A DNA stretch of 64,000 nucleotides, from NCBI RefSeq assembly GCF_009914755.1, contig NC_060933.1. One strand, 5' to 3'. This document shows, piece after piece, positions 40,171-54,339 of the stretch. A program made the translations under genes and the position numbers. Positions within the stretch are counted from its first letter, which is position 1, and every line of letters starts with the position of its first letter. The notes beneath the pieces are model-generated. The model did not search any database. It was not told where the DNA came from and saw nothing but the letters and a program-made list of their open reading frames with translations. Origin of the DNA: the human T2T-CHM13v2.0 reference genome, Homo sapiens.

Positions 40171-43100
40171 CTAAGCTAAGAGACCTCACCAAACAAGACA
40201 AACGACCGACTTCACTGGAGCTGAACTAGCACCCTAGAGTCTCAGCTGCTGAGATAATACCTCCTTTTGCAATGGGATACTGGGGGAGGGGGTGAGAGGG
40301 CGGCAGGGTAGTAAGAATCATCTCTGTGCTGTTCCTGGCTCCCTGAGGGCCCAAACAACAATGGTGCTTTGCCATTTTAGGGTGCTTGCTGTCAGTGCAC
40401 CTGGCCTCAGAGTCTGAGGTATTGCCAAATCCCACCATAACAGGATCTAGAGTCACTACAACAGGGTGCCTCATAACCTAATATTAGAGTTGCCACTGAG
40501 CCCTATTGTCTCAGCTTCCTGAATTGCAACCATACCCTGCTCCCTGCTTTCAAACCAGCACAGCACCCCTTCTTCTCCAGAGTTGAGCCAGGGCTGTGTG
40601 CCCTGCCTCCAACGGAAGAACCAAAGCTACAAGCTAGACCCTTAGTTGAAGCCGCTAGGGGTGCTTCAGAGTCACAGATACTGGCTTTGTGGGCAGCCTA
40701 CAACTCACTCTGCCACCCAGAGTGAACCTGTACCCCAAAGCCCACATGTCAAAAAGGTTCACGAGACTCTGAACCTAGAACCCTAATCCAATAGCAGCCT
40801 CAGACACCTGAACCTGGAACCCAGCTCCACTGTAGCTGTTTATAGGCATGTCAGACCTGACCTGACATCAAGAGGGATTTCCTTGGCTAAGTCTTCCCAT
40901 AGTAGAAAAAGTGAGAATAGAAAGACCCCAAATCCCTTGACATAGAGTACATTTATAACCTACACAACCAACACTACTGCATTCACCAGCTTCTAAAGGC
41001 TGGGGCACGGAGGTAAACATGGATATCGCTGATATTTAACACAGATAAAGAAACTACAGAAAGACTATACCACTGCACCTATTTGAAAACAGAGTCATCA
41101 CATCCCAACAAACATACTAAATCTCAAGTGTAGGTGAAAGTCATTCTCTGCAAGAGCTAATCTAGAAAGTTTAGAAGAGGTGATATTTCCATGAGCGGTA
41201 TAGACACCACCACAAGGACACACACACACAAAGTAAAACTTAAAAAAAAAGACATCACTCCAACTTTCTAGCAACAAACCCCATTAAAAATAAAATCAAC
41301 AAATTTGCAGAAAAAATAATTCAAAATAATTATTTCTAGGAATCTCAGTGAGACACAAGACAATACAGATAAGTAGGCAATTTAATGAAATCAGGAAAAC
41401 AACTTATAATAGTAATGACAAATTTAATGAAGAGGTAGAATTTTTTTAGACAAAAAGAATCAAACAGAAATCCTGCATCTGAAGAATTCAGTGAATTGAA
41501 TAAAAAATGCAATAGCTTCAACAGCAGACTTGATCAAGCAGAAGAATCTCTAAGCTTGAAGATACATTAATTGAAATTACCAAGAGGGAAAAAGAAAGAA
41601 ATACAAAAAAAAAGTGATGAAAGCCTACAAGACATATGAAACATCATTAAATGAATAAATATTGAGATTGTGAAAGTTACAGGAGAAGATCAAGAAATTA
41701 TATAGAAAGCTATCTAAAAGAATAATAGGGAAAATTTCTTCAAGATATGAGAGGGATATGAACAACCAGGTATGGTAAGCTTAACAGTCCCCAGGTAGAT
41801 TCAACCCAAAATGGCCCTCTTCAAGGCACATTATAGTCAAATTATCAAGTCAAATAAAAGAGAAATTATAAAAGCAGTAAGAGTAAAATGTGAAGCCCCA
41901 GACAAGGAAGTCTCCATTAGAATAACAACAGATTTCTAAGCAGAAACCTTACAGGCCAGGAAAGAACATAATAATTTATTCAAAAGAAAAAAAAATTGCC
42001 AGAAAGAACAGTATTAGTATTATCAGCAAAAGTATCTATTAGAAATGAGGAAGAAATAAAGTCTTTCCCAGACAAGCAAAAACTGAGAGAATTCACCACC
42101 ACTAGTCCAGCCTTACAAGAAATGCTCAAGTGAGTCCTACATTTGGAAGTGAAAAGGTAATAATCACTATCATAAAAACATGCAAAAGAATTATAAACCA
42201 TATCACTACAAAAATTGACCAAACCACAATGATGAACAAAAAGAGTAAAGAAAGAAAAGATGATATACAAAACACCAGAAAACAATTAACAATATGGCAG
42301 AAATAAGTTCTAACCTATCAATAATAAGATTGAATGTAAATGAATTAAATTCCACAATTAAAAATTATCAACTGGATGAAAGAATTTTTTAAAGATACAG
42401 CAAACTGCTGTTTAGAAGAAACTCACTTCATCTGTAAAGACGAAGAATGAAAGTGAAGGGATAGAAAAAGTTATTCCATATGAACAAAAACAGTGAGGAT
42501 GAGTAGCTCTGCTTATATGAGATGAAACAGACTTTAAGTCAAAAACTGTAAAATGAGACAAAGTGGATTATTATATATGATAAAGACATCAATTCAGCAA
42601 GAGGATATAACAATTTTAAATGTATATGCACACAACACCAGAGCACCCACATATATAAATATTATTAGAACTAAAGGGAGACATAGAGTCTAATACAATA
42701 ATAGTTGGTAACTTCAACATTCAACTCTCAGGATTGGGCATATCATCTAGACCAAAAATCAACAAAGAAACATTAGATTAAAGGTGCATTTTACAGCAAA
42801 TGAATCTAACAGAAATTTTATAGAACATTTCATTCAACAGCTTCAGAATACACATTTTTTTTCATGAACACATGGAATATTCCTAGGATAGACCACATGT
42901 TGGGCCACAAAACAAGTCTCAGCAAAGTTTAAAAGTTGAAATCATCTCAAGTGTCTTTTCTGACCACAATGGAATAAAACTAGAGGTCAATGGGAAGATG
43001 AACTTTCAAAATTGCCAAATAAATTAAAATTAAACCACATACTTTCAAATGACCAATGGTTCAATGAAGAATAAGAAATAAATTTTTGAAAATTTCTTAA

Positions 43101-43525
43101 ATGAAAGTAGAAATGCAACATATGAAAACCTATGGAATGCAGCAAAACAGTATTAGGATGGAAGCGTATAGTAATAAAAGCCTACATCAAAAAAGTAAGA
43201 ATATCTTAAATAAGTGATCAAATAGTGCATCTCAAGGAGCTAGAAAAGCAAAAACAAATCACACCCAATAGTAGTAGAAGGAAAGAAATAATAAAAAACG
43301 TGGCAGAAAGGTATAAAATTTAGAGGATAAAAAAAACAAAGATCAATAAAACAGAAAGATGGTGTTTTTAAAAGATAAACAAAATTCAAAAACCTTTAGC
43401 TAGACTAGTCAAGAAAAAAAAGAGAAAATATTCACATAAAATCAGAGACCAAAAAATAGAAGAAATGACAAGTGGTACTACAGAGATACTAAGGATGGTT
43501 ACAGGCTATTCTGGGCAACTATGTG

Positions 43526-43532
<7 letters not shown>

Positions 43533-43560
<28 letters not shown>
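43533..43560 (+). repeat. (AG)14 microsatellite inside L1 ORF2
   Basis: Counted directly; preceded by an A run. Confidence 0.95.
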
Positions 43561-43564
<4 letters not shown>

Positions 43565-46284
43565 CCTAGCAGGAATGAATAAATTCCTGGAAACATGCCA
43601 ACCTACCAAAACTGAAGCAAGAAGAAACACAGAATCCTAATAGCCTAATTATGATATTGAATCTATAATTAAAAATATCCTTTAAAAAAGCCCAGGACCT
43701 GGTGGCTTCAGTGCTGAATTCTTCTAACATTTAAAGAAGTACTAATATCAATTCTTCTCACACTTTTTCAGAAAATTGAAGAAGAGAGAATTCTTCCAAA
43801 CTCATCCTATGAGAACAGTATTACTTAATCTGTTACCAAGACAGAAAAGGATACAAAAAAAAAAAAAGAAAACAAAAACTACTCAGGTCAATAACTGTGA
43901 TGAACACAGTTGTGAAATTTTCCAGTGAAATACTAGTAAATAGAATCCAGTAACACATTGAAAAAAATCATTCACCATGATCAAGTGGTATTTATTCCAG
44001 TGCCACCAGAGTGGTTCTAAACACAAAAATAAACAAACATGACTTATCACATCAATAGAATGAAGAGCGATAGCCACACAGTCATCACAGGCATCTCAAT
44101 ATGAGATGCAAAAAAATGATAAATTTTAACATCCCTTCATTATAAAAATTTGCAGCCGGTTAGGTTTAGAAGGAATATACCTCAACACAAAAAGGGACAT
44201 GTGTGACAAACTCATATCCAACAACAGGGATAATTAAAGATGTTTTTCTTTAACAACAGGAACAAGTCAAATACGTCCACTTTTACCATTGTTATTCACT
44301 ATAGTACTGGAAGTCCTAGATAGAGCAATAAGGCAGGAGAAATAAATAAAGGCATTCAAATGGGAAGGGAGGCAGTCAAATTGTCTCTGTATGTATGTAA
44401 CATATCTTTATATATAGGAAACTCTAAAAATACCATAAAAACGTTCAAAACTGATAAACAATTTCAGTAAAGTTGAAGAACACAATATTAACATAGAAAA
44501 ATCAGTAGTAGTTCTCTATATCAATAACAAGCTAGCAGAAAAAAAATGAAGTTGTGAAAATGACCATACCACCAAAAGTAATTTATAGATTCAATTAAAT
44601 TTTTATCAACATAACATATTCTTCACAGAAATAGAAAAAAAAATCTAAAATCTGTATGGAACCAGAGAAGACCTGAAATAGCCAAAGGAATACTGAGCAA
44701 AATGAACAAAGCTAAAGGAATCACACTATCAGACTTCAAAATGTACTACAAAGCTATAATAACCCAAACAGTATGGTATTCACATAAAAACAGATGCATA
44801 AACCAATGAAACAGATGGATAACCCAGAAACAAATTCATGTATTTACAGTCAACTGATTTTAGACAATGGCTTCAAGAACATTCACTGGTAAAATAACAG
44901 TTTTTTTCAGTTTATGGTGCTGGGAAAACTAGATATCTATAAACAGAAAAATAAAAGTAGTTTCTTACCTCTCACCACATACAATAATCAACTGAAACTG
45001 GATAAAGATTTAAATGTAAGACCTTAAACTTTATTATAAAACTACTAGAAAAACACAGAGGAAAAAAGCTTTAGAACATTGTTCTGGGGAAAGATTTTAT
45101 TGAGAATACCTCAAAAGCACAGACAAAAAAGGCAAAAATAGGCAAATGGGATTATATGAAACTAAAAAGTATTTGCACCTGAAAGGAAACAATCAACAGA
45201 GTAAAGAGACAACCTGCAAATTGGTGGAAAATATTTGCCAAGTATTCATCTAACAAGGGATTTATATCTAGATATGTAAAATATACGAGAAACACACAAT
45301 TCAACAGCAAAAAAAAATCAAATTATAAAATGGACAAATGAGCTGAATAGACAGTTCCCAAAAGAAGACATCATATGGCCAACAGTGTATGAAAATAATC
45401 AGAATGAGATATGATCTCACACCTTTTAGAATGACTATTATCAGAAAAACAAAAAAATAATAAATCTTTACAAGGATGTAGGGAAAGGGAAACTCATATG
45501 CCATTAGTAGAAATGTACATTAGTACAACCACTCTGAAAAATAGTATAGGGATTCCTCATAAAGCTGAAAATAGAACAACCATCTTACACTTCTTGGTAT
45601 ATATTCAAAGGAAATAAATTTAGATGTCAAAGTAAATCTATGCTCCCATGTTTATTGCAGCACTCTTCACAATAGGCAAGATATGGAATCAGCCTAAGTG
45701 TTCACTGGTAGATAAATGGTAGAAGAAAATATGATATATATACATAATGAAATACTATTTATTTATAAAAAAGAACAAAATTGTCATTTGCAGCAACATG
45801 GATGAGCTTGGAAATCATTATTAAGTGAAATAACCCAGTCACAGAGAGATAAATACCAATTTTTTCACTGATAGGTGGAAACAAAACTAGTTGATTGCCT
45901 GAAAATACAGAAGAATAGTGGTTACTGGATATCAGGAAAGGTTAGGGGGGATGGATAGCCAAATTTTGGTTAATCAGTACAAAACTAAATAGCTACATAG
46001 AAAGAATTAATTATTTTGCCTTGTAGCACTGTAGGGTGACAATAAGTAACAATGTATTGTATATTCTCAAATAGCTAGAAGAGTGGGCTTTGAATGTTCC
46101 CAACAGAAAGAAACAATAAATGTTTGAAATGATAGTTATGCTAATTACTCTGATTTGATCATTATACATTATATGCATATATCAAAATATTACACTACAT
46201 AATTATCTGCAATTATTATATGTCAATTAAAAACAATAGTGAAAAAAGAAAAGCTAGAAAAAAGAAAAAAAAATCATCTTTAAC

Positions 46285-46750
46285 ATTTCTCATTTTGACC
46301 TCTCATCAGCATTTGCTACTGTTTACCAAGCTATCTTGAGAAAAAATATTCCTTCGATTTAGTTAAGTGGTTTTCTTAGTTTATATTTCTTCCATGTTTT
46401 GTCTCTATTTGGACTCACTCTCTCTGCCTACCACTGTCACTCAGTTATCTCAGTTATTTTTTAAGCTATCTTGTTAGATTCATCTTTCTACCAATAGAAT
46501 CCAGTTGTATATCTTCACTTGTCACATATTTCTTTATAATTCCTTAGGTTATTCATCATCTCACTCTGAGCCTCCAGTCTTGCATCTGCCTCCATAGTGG
46601 TCACTTGTTCTTGGATGCCCCATGCACATACATAAAATACCGTTCATCAGCTATCTGTAGGCCCATTACCTGCTTCTTCCCCATTGCTATTTGACTTCAT
46701 GAATGACAGTGAAATATAATTATCCAAGTCAAAAACCAAATAGTTATGCT
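46285..46750 (+). mobile_element. L2 remnant
   Basis: TTGACCTCTCATCAGCATTTGCTACTGTTTACCA resembles the L2 RT segment (LDLSAAFDTVDH). Confidence 0.55.
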
Positions 46751-46789
46751 ACGGGAATCTAGCAAACGCTGACTTTATACAAATTATTA

Positions 46790-47050
46790 TTGTAACTTAT
46801 GATTATCTTTGAAATCATTTTAACCCCTTAGAGCTTGGTTTCTTCATATTTTAATTTTTTTTAACATAAACTAAAGTCTAAAGAGGGGAGTAATAAAAAA
46901 ATGCCAATTCCTAGAATCACCTGGAGCTTGTGAAAATTAAATGTGTTTAGTCTATGCTCAGCACTTAGAATAGATCCTGGATTGAATCTCAGATTGACTC
47001 CTAGATGTATATGGAGATTGAAATACTTAGTTTTAAATATTATTATTATT
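46790..47050 (+). mobile_element. MIR remnant
   Basis: TTTAACCCCTTAGAGCTTGGTTTCTTCAT ... CTTGTGAAAATTAAATG..AGCACTTAGAATAGATCCTGG ... TATTATTATT. Confidence 0.55.
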
Positions 47051-47988
47051 ACTGATACTGTTACTGAATTATAAGTGATTGTATTTTCTTTTTATTCGCT
47101 CAACTTATCCTGAAGTAGGAGACAAAATAATGTCAGGGAAAGTCAGTTTATACATATTTTACCTATCAAATGTCCGGACTTTTAAAAAACAAATAACATT
47201 TTGGTGCATTGTGTAAAAACAATGAGCAATGTTGCCACACACTCATATTCCTAATCTCTCTCACCACATTAGATGCCAATATTCAATACAAATGTGTTCT
47301 CTCTTGGGTTGGATGAAATTGGAGATAATGTTTCTTGTCTCTGGTTGCTATTTGACTACTATCAAGTCTAAGAGCTAAGAGTAACATTTTAACTAGTAGA
47401 TTGTATGCCACAGTTTCCTTAGCTCAATTTTGTTTTCATTGATTTTATGATCAGTTGTAGACATGTTCTTTATTGCTTCTTAAGGATTTTATATGCATAA
47501 AAATCTTAATCAAATTATTTCTGAATCCCATTCAGTAGTAGCAGCTGCATACTTACTGTGTGATTAAATTATTTTTCTTAGAAATGAAGTTACTTAAAAG
47601 ACGTAAAAATTTCTGTGTCTCTACTTTCTCATAGTCTGTAATTACTAATATTATTTTATTTAAATTCATATATTAATAAGAAAACACTGCTTATTGCCTT
47701 CCATCGTTATCAAAGGCAGAATGTTTATTTAAATATTCTTAAACCCTGGAAGGAAATCCCCAAGGACATTTGTTATTGTAACTTACCATGGAGTATATAT
47801 TGTGGCACTTTCAGAATATATGCAAAAGCAAATGGCATTTAGAGGTTTCTCAGTATTCATTAATCTTTTACAGAATAGAGTTTATTCTGTTATTCTGTGG
47901 CTATTCAGACATAAAATAAGTGAAAACAGCCATGGAATAACCATGACCATCCTAAAGCAATGTAACAGTGCTCAGCGATTGAAAGTTA

Positions 47989-48320
<332 letters not shown>

Positions 48321-48562
48321 ATGTTTGGATATAGTTTAACAATTTACTTTGATCTGGATAGATAATAAAATGCCCTTCAAACAAAGTCTGTTGATTTAAA
48401 GAAGTAATCAGAAAAAAATACTTTATATTGAAATTAAACCGTTACACCAAGGACGTTTCACTGGAAAATCTCAAGGAGCCCAGGTCTACTTGCTTTGATA
48501 TGAGGGATTTTGAGCATAGGATTTGTCAAGGTAACCAAAATTCCATCATTAAAAAATCTTAT

Positions 48563-49060
48563 TTTATGTGGTACAGTGTGGTATTTTCATACATATGTAC
48601 AATGTGTAATGATCAAATCAGGGTAACTAGAAAATTTATCACCTCAATTATTTATAATTTATTTGTGCTGAGAACATTCAAAATCTCTCCCAGCTATTTG
48701 AAAATGTACAATAAATTGTTAACTACAGTCACCCTTTCATCTAACTATAATTTTGTATCTGTTAACCAATCTCTCTTTATCCCTCCCTCCCTTTTCCCCT
48801 TCCCATCCTCTAGTAAACACTATTTTCTCTACTTCTATGACATCGTTTTCCTTCCACATATGCATGAGAACATGCAGTATTTATCTTTCTCTGCCTGGCT
48901 TCTTTCACTTAACATAATATCCGGCAGGCTCATTCACGTTGCTGCCAATGAGAGATTTTCATTATTTTTTATGGTTGAGTAGTATTCCATGCATGCTGTA
49001 TTCCATAAATATGTGCAAAAATTATGGGACAATTAAAAATTATAAAAATTATTAAAATGT
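48563..49060 (+). mobile_element. L1MA-type 3' fragment with 5' inversion (inverted 48563-48990; sense tip plus tail 48991-49060)
   Basis: Antisense L1MA 3' UTR (AATGTGTAATGATCAAATCAGGGTAA) lacks its terminal ~30 nt, which appear in sense orientation (TGTATTCCATAAATATGTGCAAAAATTATGGGACAATTAAAAA). Confidence 0.8.
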
Positions 49061-49554
49061 AAATAATACTATTTTAAATTTTAAGTTTTGCTTTAAATAT
49101 TCTTCTCTTGTTTTAAATGTTCCTAATAAAATCAATAAATCATTTTAAATAGCTCAAAAATTCCTTTTTATATAATAGTGTTAATGTTTAATTTTTGTAT
49201 AAAAAAAGTCTCGTTTCATTTCATTTACTTAGAGAAAACTATAAAGAGGGGAAAAAATCTACAGTTCCACTAAGGTTTACGTAATTTTATTTCTTTATAT
49301 ACATATGGAAAAATATATCTTTTATTTCTATATATACATATAGAAATATACTATATTTAAAAATACAATAAACACAATATATTCTATATAGAGAAATAAA
49401 ATATGGTAAAATATATATGTGTGTATATATATAGGTATATAAATACACACATATATATGAGGTTTTACAGTAAATGACTCATCATCATAATATTTTTTCC
49501 AGAAGCAGACTTTCTTATAACACAAGTCAACTTCAGTAAACTTAAATTAAATTA

Positions 49555-49600
49555 ACAATAATATATCAATTGAAATTCGACAATAATATATCAATTGAAA
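49555..49600 (+). repeat. Perfect 21-bp direct repeat with a 4-bp spacer
   Basis: ACAATAATATATCAATTGAAA - TTCG - ACAATAATATATCAATTGAAA. Confidence 0.95.
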
Positions 49601-52600
49601 GGTAAATATCAGATCTTGTCTGTTGGTCATTTTGGCTAGTGACAGTGTTACAGTATAAAATTTTAGTTTTTTTCTGACAAATAGAGACAGAAATGAGATT
49701 GTGTTTTTGAATTATGTACTATTTAAATTATGGCATATACTGAGTTTTAAATTTAGACAATTTTAAAAATAAAAATAAGAATTGCTATGAACACTGTTCA
49801 GATAAAATTTACTGAGTTTCTTAGTAAACAAAAGTTATGCATGCATATCAAAGCAGAATAACCATGTATAAACTCTAGAGAAAAAAATTATTTCCTCTCT
49901 AATTCCAAGGTTCTCTCCTCAAAGGTTCAGTGTAAGTTTCTTGTATTCATCCTTTAAAAACTATCTCGTGTTTATATCAATGGTGTCATATAATAATATT
50001 ATTTTCCACATCAAAATAGTTATATTGGACTCATATATTTTAAAATAAGTTTACTATATTTAATTATATGGATGCAGAGTAATTTTTTAACCACCTCACT
50101 ATAAAACCAGGTTATTCCTATTATGAGTTTATGCATAAAACTGCAATTATGCACTTTACACAAAAAAAACCCAAGGTGAAAATTGTATTGCATTCTGCTT
50201 TTTGAACCTTATACTTTTTCTTAATAGAATAAATATTATTAGGTTATAATTTAGAGGTGCAGTTGGCCAATCACATGTTATATGAAAGTGTAACTATATT
50301 TTATTCTAATATTTTACCCTGATATTTATAATTAAGATATCTGATGGATTACAAGTACAGGTGTGTCTCACTTTATGAGTAAAAATGTCTCACTCCATGT
50401 TTCAGTTACAGAACTAACTATGAATATAAAGCAAGGTGGGCATTACTTTTGACAGACTCTCCACTATAACATCTAAGGTCTGGTCTTCTGCCACTCAAGG
50501 GAAGAAGTTCAAAGAGGTTATGACAGTGTTTCACCTTGGATACAAACTTTACCAGCAAATTGCAAATGATTACAATACAATGTCCATACAATTGTGGACA
50601 TTTGTCAAAGGCTGGTAAACATGTTTTCCACATTACAGTTTAAATTTGCATACAAGGCATATGAGAATTGGTGAAACTTAATAACCTGATATTCCAGAGA
50701 GCAAAATTATGGGTATTAATGTAAGTAGGGAAATTATTCATTTAGCAAAGTATTTGAGACACCAGTGATGCAAATGATAAAGATGGGATATCAGCACACT
50801 CATTTCCAGAATTGTAATTTTGATAAAATGAATTCATAATTGCTTCAGCTTATTATTCTAAATAACATTTTAAGATTGTTCTTTCTTTTGCAACCAAGGG
50901 TAAAATTACCAAAGGGAAAAGTAAATTAGAACTTCATCAAGAAATGCTTTGATTCACTAATGCGTAGTTTCCTATGATGGGAAAAATGTAATACAGTAAC
51001 TCAGAGTATTGAACTAGATGAACTAGGGCATGTGCGATACAATTTATGTCAATATAATTGAAATTAAATTTAGCATATGGAAGTAGCAAATTCAGAAATT
51101 AGAGCTAAGCACAGCCATCCTGAGACATTTTTATTTTCCAAATACCTATAAGCATATAAATAAATAATCTCTGTTCATTTTCTTAAATGGCAGAATTTTG
51201 ATATTTATCTTTGCATTTTTGCATATATAATTAACAGAATTTTACTTTAAAACATCAATGAATTAACAAAGTTTTGAGAAGTGAAAAACATGAAGATATA
51301 CTATAAATAATATTTCTTTAAGTTTGGAGTTTGTAATTAGGAACAAAAATTTTGAAGTTCATCTTTCATTTAATTTTCATATAAAATGACTAATTTGAAG
51401 TATTTATTATTGTTATATTTTGAAATGCATTACTTTACTTCTGTTTGCAATTTTACCAAAATTTTATATAATTTCTTATTTTTGTAACATGATATATATA
51501 TTCTAAAAACAGCAAAGTTCTTGTTAATAGTTTTTTTTACTGGAGCTGCCATAGGTAAAATGAAACATTGCAAAGGCAGCAACTACTCTAATTTTTAAAG
51601 CTTCTTAAGTGAGATTTAGTTTAAAAGATGCATAAGTTAGTACTTTAGGAAAATGAAAAATTTGAAAGAAGACTCAAATTATCTGTTTTCTAAAATCTGC
51701 AAACTGTATTCCTGAGAACTTACTCAATATATTTTTGAATAAGAAATACTCATGTAAAATTTACTTAGACATGGAGTCCGAGGAAAATTCTGTTCATTTT
51801 ATCATATATTTTATAGACTATTTTTCCACTAAAATTAACATCCTTACTTATATATATTCTTAATCTTTAATTACAAAAAAACCTAAGTATTTAGTCAAAT
51901 TGGTATCATTAGAGCAGAATTTATCTTGTTCATGTTTTAGTTATGTACTGTACATGTAAGTTTAAGAAGTTGTCTAATTGTAATCCAACTGTATGATAAC
52001 AGAGAAATGGGAACACAAGTTTCATCAACTAATTGAGAAAGAACTTACAGCCTCATATGCTCAGCTATGTTTAAGTAAACCAATTACAATTAAATCGAAA
52101 GCATTTTAAATGTGATATATGATATAATTTAGAAAGACTATGCAGAAGTAATGTTTATATTTAAATCTGGAATTTGTTCAGTATTCAAACTTAATGAACT
52201 GTAGAACTGCAAGGTGGAAGGAAAGCTGTACTTTCCCAAAATTTGCTTATGTCAAATTTATCTTCTTTTCCCATAGCTAGCTTTCATTGATATCACTTAA
52301 GCATGTACTGTAAATTCATTCTAAATTTCTGCAGCTGAATAAGAGAAATAATGTTATAAATATTTATTATTTTTCCTGTCCATTTGGTGCTTAACTGTAT
52401 TTAGGCTGTTTACAGGTTTAATTCTTGCTTCTCTCACTACAAATGGGTATCTTTTCCACCCAATTGCAACTACACAGAATAATAATAACCCTGCTCAATC
52501 TATTTAATAGAGTTTATTCCTCAACTAAGCTTCAGTACACAGGGTAAAATCTTGTGAAACTCTTTGTAAAATGAACCTTTCTTGGAAACAAATAATAATT

Positions 52601-53037
52601 TTTATACAAGTGAATATGTAGTATGTAAAACTAGTGGCAAAAAGTTAATTATTTCTCTAATGTCCACATTTTTTTCATATTTCACTTTGATAAAATCACT
52701 TTTCTTCAAAAACATAAAAAAGCTTCCTCCATTATCAAAATTTGTCAGTGTTAGTTCCAAGAGTCATTTTTTATCTTTCCCCATCCTGTAAGTTTCTCAT
52801 TATTTTCATTATTTCCAAAATTTTGTGTGTAACTTTTCACTTTAGTGTCATATGACAATTACCATTTTTGTTACCTTTTTATGCTTTAAAACTTTAGATG
52901 TGCTCTAGAAATGTATTTGTGGAATTAGGATATAAATCAGTTTATTCAGATTTTTTAAATCAAAGAATAGTAAATTTATCGTAATTTTAGAAGGTCTCCA
53001 ATTTGAGGCCAAACCTATTTATATAAAGAAAAAAATG

Positions 53038-53425
<388 letters not shown>

Positions 53426-53849
53426 TTAACATTCATTTAACACATGTTTATTTTGATAACAGTTCTAGGTTTGGAGGATATAAAGAATAATAAAATAGTC
53501 CCTGAAAAAAGACTCCAAAAAAGTAGAGTAATTTACAAAGTAAGGGGACAAAAAATTATTAAATATTATTATATACTTGAATGGAGTGCATTCCCTTAGA
53601 ATATAGAAATAAAAACTAAGGCAAATTTAGTTTGGTTTTATACCAAACAATTAGGAGAAAATACGTTTCCATGCTATAGGAGCATAAAAAAGGCATGAAT
53701 AAGAAAATCAATGTATCTCTTCAAGAAACTACATATATTCACTGCAGCTAGAGCAAATAGATCTATCTACGTATCCCTTTATGCATTAATCTATATGTGT
53801 ATATATAAAGTAGATTATATAACCAAATGTTTAATCTGAATACATGTAA

Positions 53850-54230
53850 TTCAATACCACTTAAAACGATGTAATGTGTCTGAGAATTTCAGTATTTTTC
53901 AAATGATAACTGTAGAACAGAACAGGAAGTAGACTAAAGGACTGCTTACATTTTATATTGCATATGCCTGTAACATTAAATGTATAATAAATAATAAAGA
54001 AATATGAATTATTAATATAGTTATAAACATACACACATAATTGAAAAACATTGGATATGAAAAACATTTTCAGAACAGTGATTACTGAGTGGTATGCTTG
54101 ATATAAGTTAAATTTATTGTTATGATAGTGTAGATTATATGCATTTTTCAAAATTTATAATTTTATATACTTAAAATAGGATATGGTAATGTGTGATAAA
54201 TTACATTTGATTATTGTTTAATATTGGAAC
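53850..54230 (+). mobile_element. L1ME-type 3' end remnant
   Basis: GCATTTTTCAAAATTTATAATTTTATATACTTAAAATAGG..GTGTGATAAATTACAT resembles the L1ME 3' tip. Confidence 0.45.
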
Positions 54231-54339
54231 AATCTTTAATTATAGAATAACTTTATAGTGTCAGTTATATGATTTTTACTATCATGCATAACTAAGAATA
54301 TAGAGGATAGAAGGTGGTTTCTTTTGGGTGGGGAAATTG

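Larger units (their letters stand above)
39224..46273 (+). mobile_element. Near full-length (~7.05 kb) dead L1 of L1MA4A/L1MA5 type with an L1M2-like 5' UTR
   Basis: 5' end GAGTGATGTCAGCAAAATGGCTGACTAG (YY1-like); ~1.9 kb GC-richer UTR; ORF1 remnant ~41200-42160; ORF2 ATG at 42294 (MAEISSNLSIIRLNVNELNS); EN motifs IVGNFNIQLS, IDHMLG, SDHNGIKLE; L1MA4A/5 3' UTR and A-rich tail; many stops and a deletion near 44550. Confidence 0.92.

Noticed and set aside
48428-48982. Longest ORF in the window (184 aa) as a gene
   Set aside because: It starts at TTG and reads through the antisense strand of an L1MA 3' end; it has no protein-like motif
49290-49460. TA-rich tract (also 15880-15990 and 25670-25725)
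   Set aside because: Low-complexity sequence with no defined unit or structure
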